Assembly: GCF_009914755.1 (NCBI RefSeq) | Contig: NC_060937.1 | Strand: one strand, 5' to 3' | DNA: 64,000 nucleotides | DNA from: the human T2T-CHM13v2.0 reference genome, Homo sapiens | In this document: one piece after another, positions 1 through 13,093 of the stretch | Layout: each line of letters opens with the position of its first letter | Numbering within the stretch: the first letter of the stretch is position 1 | Made by a program: the position numbers and the translations under genes | The notes under the pieces: model-generated | The model's database searches: none | Told to the model about the DNA's origin: nothing | What the model saw: the letters and a program-made list of their open reading frames with translations, nothing else

Positions 1-590
1 TTTTAGTAACTTCTAAATGTGAACCTATACATACACTATTACCCTCCAATTTCATTCTTAGATAAATCCTAACAGAAATGCATGGATATTTGCACCAAAA
101 AAACACACAAATTAATATTTGGAGGAAATGTATAAATAATGCCTCAAACCTGGAAACAATCTTAATTTTTTCTCCAGTAAAAATGACCTTCAACAGCTGA
201 ATTAATTTAAAAATATGTGAGTAAAACCAAATTCTCAGAAAAATAAATATGGCATTGTTATACAAATCATAGGTATGACTATCACAGGAATATACAAAAA
301 AGTATATGAAAAAATATACAAAAAAGGTATATAGATTTTATCTATATAAATATACTGTTAGGTAATACTAATATATGGTAATAAAAGTCAGAATGGGAAT
401 TTGCTTTGGTGGGTGGTGACTGAAAAGGGCTTCAGGAGTTCTGCAGTGTTATAATAATCCCTTTCCTGATCTGGATTGTGGTAACACAACTGTGTTCAGT
501 CTTTGAAAAAAACATCGAGCCACACATATATGATATTTGCACTTGTTTTTTACACATGTGATACTTTATATGTTTTCTTACAAAATAAAA
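1..590 (+). mobile_element. Ancient L1 (L1MC/L1ME-type) 3' end fragment
   Basis: Diverged L1M 3' motifs (ccctccaatttcattcttagataaatcctaacagaaatg; cctggaaacaa) ending in an A-rich aaaataaaa. Confidence 0.65.
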
Positions 591-639
591 GAACAACAAA
601 TGTAAATTATATTTAAATATAAAGTATGGAACTCACAAG

Positions 640-1110
640 AGGACTCTGAATTCTGGGGTGCTGAGCACATAGAAACTGAAGTCTTAAAAGAAAATATAAT
701 TCTTATGGAGAATATGTAGAATAAAGAGACAAAAAGGCAGAACTCTGGGATAAACTAATCCTCACAGAGCGGAAGATAAAGCAGCAAGACCAGAAAGGAG
801 TAATCAGATTTAAGAAAAATGTAAGGAGTTTGTAAGACCATGTAAATCAAGGGAAAGGAGTTACCAACAGTGTTAAATGTGGAAAGATGTAAAATTATTT
901 AAAAAAAGAATTAATTTTTGAATTTAACTACAAATATGTCATTAGTGGTCTTCATGAGAATAATGACATTGTAAGTATTGAAGTTAAAGCTTTATTGCAA
1001 GGAATTGAGATATGGTTGGAGAGAGCAGACCTAGTGACTATAAATGAATTAGTCATGAGGTTTGCCTACAAGAAGATAAAACAGTACTGAAAAGAGAAGT
1101 GTCTTCAAGG
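640..1110 (-). mobile_element. L2 fragment
   Basis: Purine-rich antisense L2 pattern (ccaacagtgttaaatg...gtcattagtggtcttcatgagaa). Confidence 0.55.
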
Positions 1111-1129
1111 AGCAGACAAAAAAAGCGAT

Positions 1130-1280
1130 CTTTACTGGCTATACAATATCAAGCAATTTACTTAGCCTCTCTGAGATTTTAAATCCTTATTAGGCAAAAA
1201 AGCATAACAAAACCTAAGTAACATCGTGAAATAGTATGAAAGTGACATGTAATTCTGTAAAACACTATGCAAATGTCGTT
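1130..1280 (+). mobile_element. MIR fragment
   Basis: aagcaatttacttagcctctctgag core; ends tgtaaaacactatgcaaatgt. Confidence 0.55.
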
Positions 1281-2993
1281 AAAATGCTGCATTAAGTAAT
1301 AGAAAATAGAACATAATAAAACTATGTTTTATTCACATGGAACTTTTTCAGGCATAAGAGTAAATATGAAGAACACTATATTTGAATAGTTTATGTGGCA
1401 TTATATGATTGTGAGCTCCATTTAGTTTGTGCTTTTTTTCTTTTCCTATTTATAGGTGGCATTTGTAGTCTTGTTACATCATTTTAAAAAGTAGGTTAGT
1501 GTCAAGGTAGCATAATCACAAATTAAGGGCTGCGAGTTTTGAATTATGCGAAGAAATCAAGAAAGTTAATGAAGCAAGTGGGTGCTCATATATGTGATCT
1601 TTTCATTATGAACAACAAACTTTGTAGTTTATTTTTCATGTTTTATGTAAAATAAACTGCATATAAAATTCATCCAACTGTTAATCACACAGCTAAGAAT
1701 GAGATAATCTGCAATAATTTGTATGACATTATATCACCAATACTAATTCCATTTGTTTTCTGCCATAATTACATTTTTATTTAAGTTAAATTTTTTGACT
1801 ACAGGGTTTTTTTGTTTGTTTGTTTTAATGCACAAGAGATTATATAACCCTTGATGTGGAATCTTCCAGAGTCTGTAAAAAAGCCATATTTTAATCTAAT
1901 AGTCCAGTGACTGTTGATTCTGCTTCTTCCTCCTATTTTATGATTCACTATAATACTGATGAATTTGTGGTAACTGCAGCCACCAAGTGTAACTGAACAC
2001 CCCAAGGTAATAGATTTTATCATATATGTAAGAAAAATTCAGGAATTTATATTAACTTAAATAGCGAATTTCCTCTTATTGGACTTAAGTATTTTATCTT
2101 TATAATATGTTCTACTAGTCATTTTAAATTAAATAGATTTGGTTAAAATGTGACTTCTTCCCCCTATTAGAGACCTCATAATGAATTGATAAATAGTAGT
2201 AAAATCACTAATTTTATCTCTCTGCAGTATAAGCTGTTCCGATTTTATGGATAAATGTGGTGCATATGTATTTCAAAGTCTCTTTGCATCTGATTTATAG
2301 CTAGAGAAAAGTCTCCTAAAAGAGGGCATTTGATTATTTAAAGTAGTTCCTTGCATGAATCGGGGGAGCTGATTGCTCTTTGCGATTGTGTTTTTTGTGG
2401 TTACTTTGGAAATGCCCTTAGGTATCAGTGAGAGGTTCACGCCATAGATCTCAGTTAGTTAGAAAATCTGACAGCAGTGGCAGCAGCCAGCAAAAAGGAA
2501 TAAAAGCTGCCTACAAGATCATGTTCTTTTCACACTCAACAGTCACAGTGTCAGTCTACATTTTGCTGTTAGATTTAAAACTTAAAACAGTTATGGCATG
2601 TCACATGCACACTGCAGCATTTAGTGCCTTTCAAGGTTGGAGTCCAAGATCTGGCATAAGATTTTTTTTGTATCACTAGAATGGCTTAAAATATGAATGC
2701 ATACTAACGTGTAGAGAGATAAACAGGTTTTAAATATATTTTATTAATTGCTTCTAATTTAGTATTTCTTTTGTAAGAGATAATGTGAGAAAGAAGGCAA
2801 ATAGACATATAAAAGCAAAGTATAATATTGGTATTGGAACTTCTGCAGGTAATCAAAATATTGATTTTGGTCAGAAGTAGAGATTTCCCACTAAGTAAGA
2901 TTCTTCACTATATTTTGGCACATCTTTAATCCAGCCTATCAGTTATTGAAATAATATCACTGATTAAAATTTGTTTTAAAAAGAGGAAAGTAT

Positions 2994-3394
2994 TGTCATG
3001 GGCTAAATGTGCTCTTTCTAAAATTCGTATGTTGAAGTCCTAGCCCCGCGTAATTCAGAATGTAAACTGTATTTGACTATAGAGTTTTAAAAGAAGTAGT
3101 TAAGGTGAAATAAAGCCATTAGGGTAGGTCTTAATCCAATATAACTAGAATCCTTAGAGGAAGATAATTTGTATACAAAACATACATGGAAATAAGATGA
3201 CATGAAGACACAAGATGAAAATGGCCAAGGAGAGAAGCCTGGAGAAGATCGATCCTTCATGATCCTCAGAAAACAAAATTTTGACAACACTTATCTGGGC
3301 CTTCAAGTCTCCAGAAGCGGGAAAAAATAAATTTCTGTTGTCTAACCCACCCAATTTCTGATACTTTTTATGGTAGCTCTAGCAAATGCATACG
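2994..3394 (+). mobile_element. MaLR solo LTR, MLT1B/C-like
   Basis: Starts tgtcatgggctaaatgtg; contains tatgttgaagtcctagcccc and aataaatttctgttgtctaacccaccc; ends ctagcaaatgcatac. Confidence 0.8.
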
Positions 3395-3840
3395 GTTATC
3401 AATTATGGTAACAGATGCTGCATAGACCTTTAATCAAGATATTTATTAAAAGAATAATGGAGTTATGATTCAAGACACAAGTCTAAACCTATGCATTCAA
3501 TTTAATTTTTCTCAATAAACTTAATTAACATAATCAAAAATGAAAATTATCAAAGAAATTCTATATCCTTTCTGGAACATAAAAGTGTCACCATAGATAT
3601 TCTAGCAATATTAAGAAAATTATTTGATACATAATTAAAAAGGGAGAAATCTACTGGAAAGGCCAACCAGTCTAATAATTTTGACTAATAGAGATATCTG
3701 GATGGATGAGAATGAAAATGAACATCCCGGAGAATTAAACTAACATCTAAATATAAATCACCGAGGCTCAGGGTAAATGGGGGAATGAGGAAACTCAGGA
3801 AGCTGGGGTGGAGAGATGATTTTCTTTAGAATTGTTCCTT

Positions 3841-3990
3841 GTTTTTAAAATAGATTTAATGAAATATAATTTATATACCATAAATTCATCTGTTGTTAGG
3901 ACAAATTTAACACTTTTAGTACATTTAAAGAGTTAAACAACCATGTGATCTGGTTTTAGGACATTTCCATCACTCTTAAAAGATCTCTCG
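3841..3990 (-). mobile_element. L1M 3' end fragment
   Basis: gaaatataatttatataccataaattcatc...acatttccatcactc, typical antisense L1MB/MC 3' end. Confidence 0.6.
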
Positions 3991-4539
3991 CCAAGTATTA
4001 AGTTTGATCTCACAAATGACTTTGGAAAGTGGAGTCAGTACTAGAATGCAGAGGCTTCGACTGGGTGTTTGTTCTCATGGGCTACCTGGTGGCCTTATCT
4101 ACCTTATACTATCCCCTTACCTGGAAACACTGCCAGCATCCACTATGTATACATGCTTTTTTTCTATCAACGGAGCTCATGAGGTTGTCGATTCCATGGC
4201 CTTGCCTTCATTTATGACACACATGCCACACAATTCAGTCATGGTACCATATTCTCCTGGATAATCATTGTTCAAGGATTATGACTCCTTTAGAGGATAT
4301 TGCTATGCCCAGTCTAACAAAAAATCTTCAGTATCCCAGTAAAAGCCTCATTAAGAATAAAACCAATTTATAGGAAGCAAAGCAGACTGATGGAGACGTA
4401 GAATTCCTTACCTGAAGCAAGTCAGCTTCTTAAAATCCCCCATAATGCGAGCCAATAAATGACTCCCTCTTTATTATACCAGTTTGGCCTTCAAATTTAC
4501 ATTCTCTGTGAATTCCAGGGCATCTCAACCAGAGAAACT

Positions 4540-4830
4540 ACTACTAAGAAACTAAGTAGTCCAGGGTACCTGGCAGAAGCAAGTACAAATCTCTTTGAAA
4601 GGATATATGCTCAACCCAAGATGAAGACCCAGATGAGGCATGGAAAATGTAAACTCACTAACAAAGCAAATATGAGGAAACAAGCTACTTTAAATGCCAA
4701 AGGAAGCAATGTGCTATAGCACTAGAGCTGTCCAGGTTTTTGGATAATGGAGATGTGAGATAGGAAATATAACTTAAGTGCTTTTAAAGAATAAAATAAA
4801 AAAATGAAAACAAGACGCTGCCACAAATGA
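4540..4830 (+). mobile_element. Ancient L1ME/HAL1-like fragment
   Basis: cctggcagaagcaagtacaaatctctttgaaagga...atgaggaaacaagc resembles the pre-ORF1/ORF1 start of old L1. Confidence 0.4.
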
Positions 4831-5732
4831 CATTGTTTCTCTTTTATCCTCATCTGAATGCTTATAACAATAAATTATGTTTGTTCAGAGACGATCCTTA
4901 AGTAGTAAAGGGAGCCAACACAAACACGTATGTTGCAGAAAAGAAAATATCTTTTTCTCTGAACAGTATTGGTGAACAATAGCCCTAGGCAGAATAATGT
5001 ATCTTGATATTTGTGTTATTATATTATTATTTTTATTATCATCTTTTATTATAACATAGCCCACAAAATGATAATGCTTCTGTTTGACAGACGGGTTTAA
5101 TTATACCACTTATTTAAAATTAATAATTTGCTTATAACCCAAATTTAAGAAACAAGAAAAAAACTTTGCTGGAACTTCCACTTTTGTTCTTTATTCTAGG
5201 ATAAATGTACTTCAATGTGACTCCTGTTTTTAGAATGTGGTATGCAGTTAATAGTATTGACTTCTGAATAGTATATGAAGAAGGAAGAATAATATATTAT
5301 CACAAACAAAAGCAACGGATGAGAAGCGAGGTTATACATAAAGCAGAAGAAGGTTAAGAACCATGAACTTTTCTTTGGCTATGAGCTGTGGAAAGTACTT
5401 AACTATGAGTAAATTCAAATTTATTAGAGGATTGGTAAATGCAATCCACACTATGATGTACCCTTCATTGTGAATCCTCCAAAAATTTAAAAATTACAGT
5501 ACTCTAGTATAATGACATATGTGAAATGCTTGGTTTAATTTTCAAGTCAAAGTTTATATAAGTCAAAACAGGGTCAAGCTATAAGGTCAAGCATAATGTA
5601 ATAGCTGACATAGGTGTTATAAAAAAGCACAAAGAAGAAATTGTATTAAAATTTAAAAAAACTAAAAGAAAAGGAAGTTACAGGAGAATTTAAATAAAAT
5701 AATGTTAGTAAATATAATAGGCACATGGCTAA

Positions 5733-6102
<370 letters not shown>

Positions 6103-6599
6103 TAATAAGATATATTGAAATACTAATCTTTGTGATGTTTTTCCTGACTCTTTTGTGTTTTATTTCTGAATGAGCGTTAAAGTCATTCCTATTACTCAAG
6201 TATAATCGGGGTAATTTACAGCAGAAATCCAAAGGGGAAGACCAGTCTATGTTGTTTTTGGCTTCTAAAGCAAAATTTTCTTGCTGCTGAAGAGCAAAAA
6301 GACTTTCAAATTCTAAATTTTTTATATGCAAGGGCTGGAATTTTTTGAGTCATGCTAGCAATTGAGGTGGGAGAAAACTTGAAAAATGAGCAGTAAGACA
6401 TTGAAAGAGATACTATGCAGAATTTGAGCAGTAACAACAACTTAGAAAGAGAAGAGAGGAAGACCTAGACAGCTTTATTTCCCAGGAGAATTAAATGATC
6501 CACAGTGGAATGGGAGAAGAAAGAGAAGGTGGAAATGATGATGGTTAAGCAAACGCAATTAGTCCGGAATGGGGAGTAATTTATGGACAAAACACAAGT

Positions 6600-6685
6600 A
6601 TACACCTCTTGAGTTTATGATAAATAAATGAGTTAATATTCATAAATGCAGCAGTGTCTGGCCTCAGTAAGTACTCAAATATATA
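6600..6685 (+). mobile_element. MIR 3' fragment
   Basis: taaatgagttaatattcataaatgcagcagtgtctggcctcagtaagtactcaaat. Confidence 0.55.
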
Positions 6686-6988
6686 TTCATAGGTAAAATT
6701 TTATACACTGTATTTGTATGTTCACTTAATAAAACATGTTTTAAAATTGAAAATCATATGAGTAAAGCTATGACTGATCTTTCTGAGCTACCGCTGGGGA
6801 CTTTCATGTTTTCTGTTACATGTATTAGGGATAGTGAACTAACAATTACTTTTTAATGAGAAAATAAATAAAACACATTCACAATAAAAATACACTTAAT
6901 ATAAAATTGAGTGACTAAGATTTGCCCTTGACTTGTGGCCTGACTCTATTTTGACTCTATTATGAACAGACTCAAAATAGATTCAAGG

Positions 6989-7280
6989 GCAATAGCTGAC
7001 CTAAACGTTATAAAGCAATGAAAAAAAAAAGCTGCATCAATTTATCATGAGCATGGATATCACGGAAACAGACTGGAGTAGAGGATGCCAGTACTGGGCC
7101 TTTCCCTACATGGCAGAAGATTCCCTTCTGACCAAGCAATAGCTGACCTAAACGTTATAAAGCAATGAAAAAAAAAAAGCTGCATCAATTTATCATGAGG
7201 ATGGATATCACGGAAACAGACTGGAGTAGATGCCAGTACTGGACCTTTCCCTGCATGGCAGAAGATTCCCTTCTGACCAA
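6989..7280. repeat. Tandem duplication, two copies (147 and 145 bp)
   Basis: gcaatagctgacctaaacg...cttctgaccaa at 6989-7135 and 7136-7280; copies differ by A10 vs A11, a 3-bp indel and a few substitutions. Confidence 0.97.
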
Positions 7281-9132
7281 GGATGGGTCTACAAATGCTC
7301 TCCAGGAACTAGTGCCTGGAAACAGAGGCTTTATGAATCTACTTCATGTTTTGTTTTGTGGGGACGGAGCTGTACCCAAATTTCAAGACCAAGTTCTTTT
7401 TACTCTTTCCTCTCTTTTCCTCAAGCAAAAGGAGTCTCTCCCCATGACTATCACAACTGAGAATTCATGAGGTCACACCCAAGGCCCATGGCAACTGCTG
7501 TCTGGTTGTCACTAATGTTTATTCAAAGCCCAAGGACTCATTAGTCAGCAATTGATGAATCCTGCCAAGACTGGGTCTTTCCCTTCATGGGAGCAGGTTC
7601 CCTTTCAGCTCAGGGTGGGTCTACAGATTCTATCCGGGAGCTAGGGCCTGGAATCAAGAGTTATGGGAGTCCAGCTGATGCTTTATTTTACTGTGGCTGG
7701 TAATCAAGTTGCAAGACAAAGTCCTTTTTATGTTTTCTTCTTTTTTACCTCAACCTGGTGTCTCTCCCTGTGGTCACCACCACCCCAGGCTCACAGTTAC
7801 TACTGCTTGGCTACTGCTGATGTTTTCCAAGGCCCAGGGACCCATTAGTAAGCACGTAATGAAGGCTGCCAGGCCTGGGACTCTCCCTTCAGGATAGCAG
7901 TTTCCCTTCTGACCCAGGGCGGGTCTACAAATGCCATCCAGGAACTAAGGCCTGAAATTGAGGACTTTTAAGGCTATGCTTGGTGCTTTATTTTATTGTG
8001 TCTGAGCTAGTTCTCAGGTTGCAAGACAAAGTTCTTTTAACTCTTGTCTCTCCTTTCCTCAAGCAAACATCTGTCCCTGTGGCCACTACAGCTGAGAATG
8101 TGTTGGGTCACACCTGAAGCAAGCACAGTACTGGGCCTCACCCAAGGCCCGTGACAATTACTGCCTGTCTACTGCTGATCTTTATTTAAGGCCCAAGGGC
8201 TCCTTAGTCAGCTGGTGATGAATCCTGCCAGGACTGGGTCTGCCTTCAGTGAAGAGAGTTCTCTTCTGGTCTAAAGAAGGTCTAAAAATGTCATACGGGA
8301 GCTAGGGCCTGTATGAATGGGGACTTCATTCTTGAATGGAGACTTCAAGCCTCTGCTTGGCACTTTAATGCACTGTGGCTGAGCTGGTACACAGGTTATG
8401 AGAGAAAAGTTCTTACTCTTCCTTCTCTTTTCCTTTAGCAGAAGGAGTTTCTCTTGAAGCTGCAAACTATGCTGTTTAGAAGTCAGGGAGTGGTGGAGTA
8501 AGTCCTCCCTTGGCTGTGCTGTCTGGCGTCTTACTGGTCACATCCACCCCAATCCACTGGCTCTGAGCACAGCACAGGACCTACAACTTGTCCAGGAATT
8601 GCAGTCATTGTGGACTAGAGACTGCCTTTCAATTAACTTAGCACTCCAAAGCACTTTAGCATACTAAGTACTTTAACACACTAAGTACTTTAGCACTTTA
8701 TGGCTACCCAGAACTCGAGTTCCAACCACTGGGATGGATGGACGATTCCCCTCTTGCTAACGCTGGTCTAAATGCTCTGTCTGTGAGCACCAGCTGAGTT
8801 CAGCTTTGTGTTGCTTTCCAGTGTGACAGAGCATCACTGAGTTCCAATGCAAAGCTGCACAGTCACCTTACTCTTCTTTTCCCAAGCACCCAGGTTCTTT
8901 CTTTATGCCAGGCTGTGCTTCCAGGAGACGGGGAGGGGTGGCATAGACAATTCAAGACTGGATTTCCCACCCTCTTCAGTGCTTCTTTCCTTGATACAGT
9001 GTTAAAACCAGGTGCTGTGATCTCTTACTTGATTTTTCGTTCTTACAAAGGTGCCTTCTTGTGTGGATAGTTGTTCAGGTTGATGTTGCTGGGATCACTG
9101 GAGGTTTCTGTATAGCCATCTTGCTCCACCTC
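7231..9132 (-). mobile_element. 5' UTR of an old L1 (L1M1/L1MA-type) with internal tandem monomers
   Basis: Minus strand begins GAGGTGGAGCAAGATGGC, the L1 5' tip; four diverged units start at 7231, 7563, 7867 and 8226 (tgccagg..ctgg...tcccttc). Confidence 0.8.
9115..9122 (-). promoter_or_regulatory. YY1-type motif at the L1 5' tip
   Basis: GCCATCTT on plus (AAGATGGC on minus) at the position where L1 5' ends carry a YY1 site; activity unknown. Confidence 0.5.
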
Positions 9133-9411
9133 AACCCTAAATATTTGTTATTATTAATCACTAAATATTTATAATTTCCCAATAAAAATTTTAATTCATT
9201 CAAAATCATCTAATTTGTACTCTTCAATAAGTTCCTTATTTCATGTGCTTATTTCCCCAGTTTTAAAATTTCATGTTAAATATATGCTGCATTGTCCTTG
9301 TTCATCAGGGTAAGAAATAATATGTATGGTAATAGGTACACAGTGGCTGCCTCTTGGGTAATTGCCAGAAATAAATTATATAAAGAACTCTTACTATGGT
9401 TGCTTTATTTT

Positions 9412-9517
9412 GTTTGTTTTGTTTGTTTGTTTTTTGTTTTTTTATTATTATACTTTAAGTTCTAGGCTACATGTGCACAACATGCACGTTTGTTACATAT
9501 GTATACATGCGCCATGT
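9412..9517 (-). mobile_element. Extremely 5'-truncated L1PA (about L1PA3-5) 3' end
   Basis: ttatactttaagttctaggctacatgtgcacaac...gccatgttgg, (GTTT)n-derived tail, perfect 15-bp TSD tggttgctttatttt at 9397-9411 and 9518-9532. Confidence 0.9.
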
Positions 9518-9559
9518 TGGTTGCTTTATTTTTAACCCTCAGAAAATGGTAGCAGTCAG

Positions 9560-9662
9560 TGTGGCCTATGGGGATAAATGAAACAACATATGTAAAGCAC
9601 TATGTATAATTCACAACGCAGGATGAGTAAAAAAAAGTTGTAGTTTTATTATCATTATTATT
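9560..9662 (+). mobile_element. MIR 3' fragment
   Basis: gataaatgaaacaacatatgtaaagcac...ttattatcattatta. Confidence 0.5.
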
Positions 9663-10529
9663 AAAAAGGATGTAAATTAATGGTACATTAGGTTGTATTT
9701 TAATCTCCATTCATTTAGAATAAAGAAAACAATTTAAATAATACTTTTCAGACTCATCTTAAGAAGACTGGGCATAAATTTTATTCTTCATAGGGAAATA
9801 ATATAGTTCTGACCTACTGATATGTCAGAAACATAATGTCAGAAAAGATTTTAGACCCTTCCAGCCAGTGTCTTTGATGGTCAAGATTAGTCTTGGAATT
9901 GCCAAAGTCACACTCTTTAAATGTGTGAGCAGAATCCCTTCATACTGAGCAAAAAATTTTGAAACCAGAACAAATAAGAGACATTTCTACCCTAAGCCCA
10001 AGTTTTATATTCTGAGAAAGTTCAAATGACTTGCCCAAGTAAAACAGAACATTTGTGAGATAAGAGGGAGTTCAAAACTTCATTGAATAATTTTGATAAT
10101 TGTAAATTATAGCCTAAAATTTGTTCTAGACATATGAAAATTTAGAGATGAGATGGAGCAACTGGAATAAAGTCTTTGAAAAAAATATCTGAGTTGAAGT
10201 AGAGAGTTCGATGGGAACATATAAAAAGGAAAAGTGGTAAGTTGTAATTATTTAATGAAGCTTTATGATTTACTTAATTTAAATACTTAGTAAAAGTCAG
10301 TAGTTGCATTATTGAGCCTCATTACATTATGTTATCTGTAATCTCTCTATAGCATTTGCTAAATGTATAGTTTTTTGGTCTTCAGAATATTGATAATTCA
10401 CCAAAATACCTAAAAATTAATGAGATATAATTGTTATATCACTCACAGAGAAGGTAAAAGAAATGAGCAAATTTTGTATGGAGGACTAACTTTAATATTT
10501 GTCCACTTTCTCAATCACATGAGAACATT

Positions 10530-10730
10530 AAAAGAGCTAACATTTATTTAGAGCTATGTACCAGACAGAGGGTTTAGTACATTTTGCTCTTGTCTCATTT
10601 AGTCATGTACAGTCTTTCAATTTTAATATTGATGTGTTCATTTATCTATAAACTGTTAAGTAATTGACATCCCTAGAATCATACAGCAGAAACAAGTATG
10701 AGTATTTTTCCAAAACCTAAAACTTTTATC
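10530..10730 (-). mobile_element. MIR
   Basis: agctaacatttatttagagctatgtaccagac...tctcatttagtc...gttaagtaattg. Confidence 0.5.
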
Positions 10731-11261
10731 ATACTATCTTTCCACAGCATTTATAAACGTATGCACAAAGTATATCTATTTGTTGTAATCATGCTGAATA
10801 TAAATTCAGGGCTTTAAATTCTAATGTATTCACAAGATCATCTTTCTCTAATCAAAAATTAGGAGGTATATAATCTACCATGAATAAAGATATTTGAGAT
10901 CAAGACCGACATTTATAAATGTCCAGATGCTGATCACAGACATTATGTTGGTTTTGTTTTCTAAGGTCAGCTATTATTCTACACAGTGATGCGACATTGT
11001 TGATGATGCACTAGAATCATGTAATACAAAAATAATCATTTTTTCTTAGCATATGTGCCATTTTACAGAATATCAGTACAAATAGCAGTCTAGTAACAGT
11101 AAAATAAAACTAGAATAGAAATAATCCCTCTTTACCTTCCTTTCTTCAACAAAGAAGGTACATAATACTGCATCTTCAGGTCCAATTGCCACATCTTTCC
11201 TTGAGCTATTTTTTTATTTCCTGGCTACAAAGTTTCACATATAGAAAATATGGAGATCCCT

Positions 11262-11562
11262 GCCGGGCGCGGTGGCTCACGCCTCCAATCCCAGCACTTT
11301 GGGAGGCCGAGGCGGGCAGATCACAAGGTCAGGAGATCTAGACCATCCTGGCTAACACGGTGAAACCCCATCTCTACTAAAAATACAAAAAATTAGCCGG
11401 GAGCGGTGGTGGGCGCCTGTATTCCCAGCTACTGGGGAGGCTGAGGCACAAGAATGGCGTGAACTCGGGACGTGGAGCTTGCAGTGAGCCGAGATAGCGC
11501 CAGGGCAGGCCGGCCTGGGTGAAAGAGCGAGACTCCATCTCAAAAAAAAAAAAAAAAGAAAA
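11262..11562 (+). mobile_element. AluY (Yk-like 3' end)
   Basis: Full Alu with AluY diagnostics (ggctaacacggtg, gaatggcgtgaac, gagcttgcag); 3' gagatagcgcc...ggcctgggtgaaagagc; TSD agaaaatatggagatc at 11243-11258 and 11563-11578. Confidence 0.95.
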
Positions 11563-12067
11563 AGAAAATATGGAGATCGCCTAAGGGAATTTGAGAAAAA
11601 ACGTATTTCTACCATATATAGTTAGTTGTCCATCATAAATGTGTCTTTTTGTTTAGAGAAAAATAAACTTAAATATTCTATGTACTCACTGCTCATCTCA
11701 AAGCAAGAACGCAGCATCTAAGCTCTTATATTCTTAAACTCATAGGAGAAAAATATGTTCACAAAATATAAATGAATTATTGAATTCACATTGAGTTATT
11801 TTGATTTTCTAACTGGGAAAGATCTTTTCAATATACTCATCAAATTAAATGAAAATTCTCAACATTTGGAGAAACATTGCCAGGTGGGTGAAACTTTTTC
11901 TCTATATTTATGTTGCCCACACTGGAGATTTATTTGTAAATGTTTGTATGTTATGAAGAGCTAAGCTAAGCTGCAATGTTGCTTTATTGATATAGGTCAA
12001 GGTTCACAAGTGAGTCTAGTAGGTAAGAGTGGAAATAAGAGAAGTTTTGAATAAGAATCACTTGATG

Positions 12068-12376
12068 GGCCAGGCACAGTGGCTCATGCCTGTAATCCCA
12101 GAACTTTGGGAGGCCGAGGCAGGAGGATCACAAGGTCAGATGATCGAGACTGTCCTGGCTAACACAGTGAAACCCCCTCTCTACTAAAAGTACAAACAAA
12201 ATTAGCCGGGCATGATGGCGGGCGCCTGTAGTCCCAGCTACTCAGTAGGCTGAGGCAGGAGAATGGTGTGAACCCAGGTGGTGGAGCTTGCGGTGAGCCG
12301 AGATGGCACCACTACACTCCAGCCTGGGAGACAGAGCTAGACTCCATCTCAAAAAAAAAAAAAAAAAAAAAAAAAA
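12068..12376 (+). mobile_element. AluY
   Basis: Full Alu with long poly(A); perfect TSD aagaatcacttgatg at 12053-12067 and 12377-12391. Confidence 0.95.
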
Positions 12377-13093
12377 AAGAATCACTTGATGATCAGCTTG
12401 CCCTACATTTGTGGCCTTAAGAAAGTTATGCATATTAAGGTATCCTTCTGAAGCTTTAAATGGCACTTAGTCTCCTGTTCACAAATGTTGCCAATTGGCA
12501 GAACGCAGTAAAAATAACTCATTTCCTCTGAATCCTAAAGGTCACTTTTGGAAAACATAAAGGTATTTAACTCATTTTCAACACTACAGATATAAAGCAT
12601 TTTCAGATATTACTATCTACATTGGCTTGTTTCAATGCTAGTTTTATCCAAAAGCAGCAGTGCACAAGGGCATATAAATAGCTTTCAGTAATTTTAGCAA
12701 ATGTTTGACATTTTAAAAGATATGCTTTGCTAAACTATGAAGGCATGTTTTAACAGTACGTTCTAAAACTACTATAATTATGAGGTTTATGGAATTCTAA
12801 TGTAAATCATGCTTGGCAGCCTCTTATTTTTTAAGAAAAAATGTGTTCCTGGGTAAAATGTACATTAAATGAAACAGATTTTTTTAATGCTCCCATGTAA
12901 GCTACATATTTGATCAGTAAATGTTATGTTCAATATTTTTGACTAGGTGCAATTATCAGAAATAATTGTGAAGTTAAAAAATTTTAAATAATGTGGCCAG
13001 TTTTCAAACCTATCAGATTGAAAGTAACTTGCCAAAATTCTAGCAAATAGTAAACTTCTTTTTTACTGAACTTCTGGTTATCTAAACAATAAG

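Noticed and set aside
7165-7470. 101-aa ORF starting MKKKKLHQ
   Set aside because: Crosses the duplication into the antisense L1 5' UTR; no recognisable domain
7231-8460. Repeat array considered as a CRISPR-like or satellite system
   Set aside because: Units are long (300-360 bp), diverged, have no unique spacers and belong to an L1 5' UTR; the sequence is primate and has no cas-like ORFs
8641-8700. Short degenerate repeats around aagtacttta; similar small duplications at 39861-39910, 39110-39156 and 50243-50283
   Set aside because: Ordinary local slippage duplications of under 30 bp inside repeats
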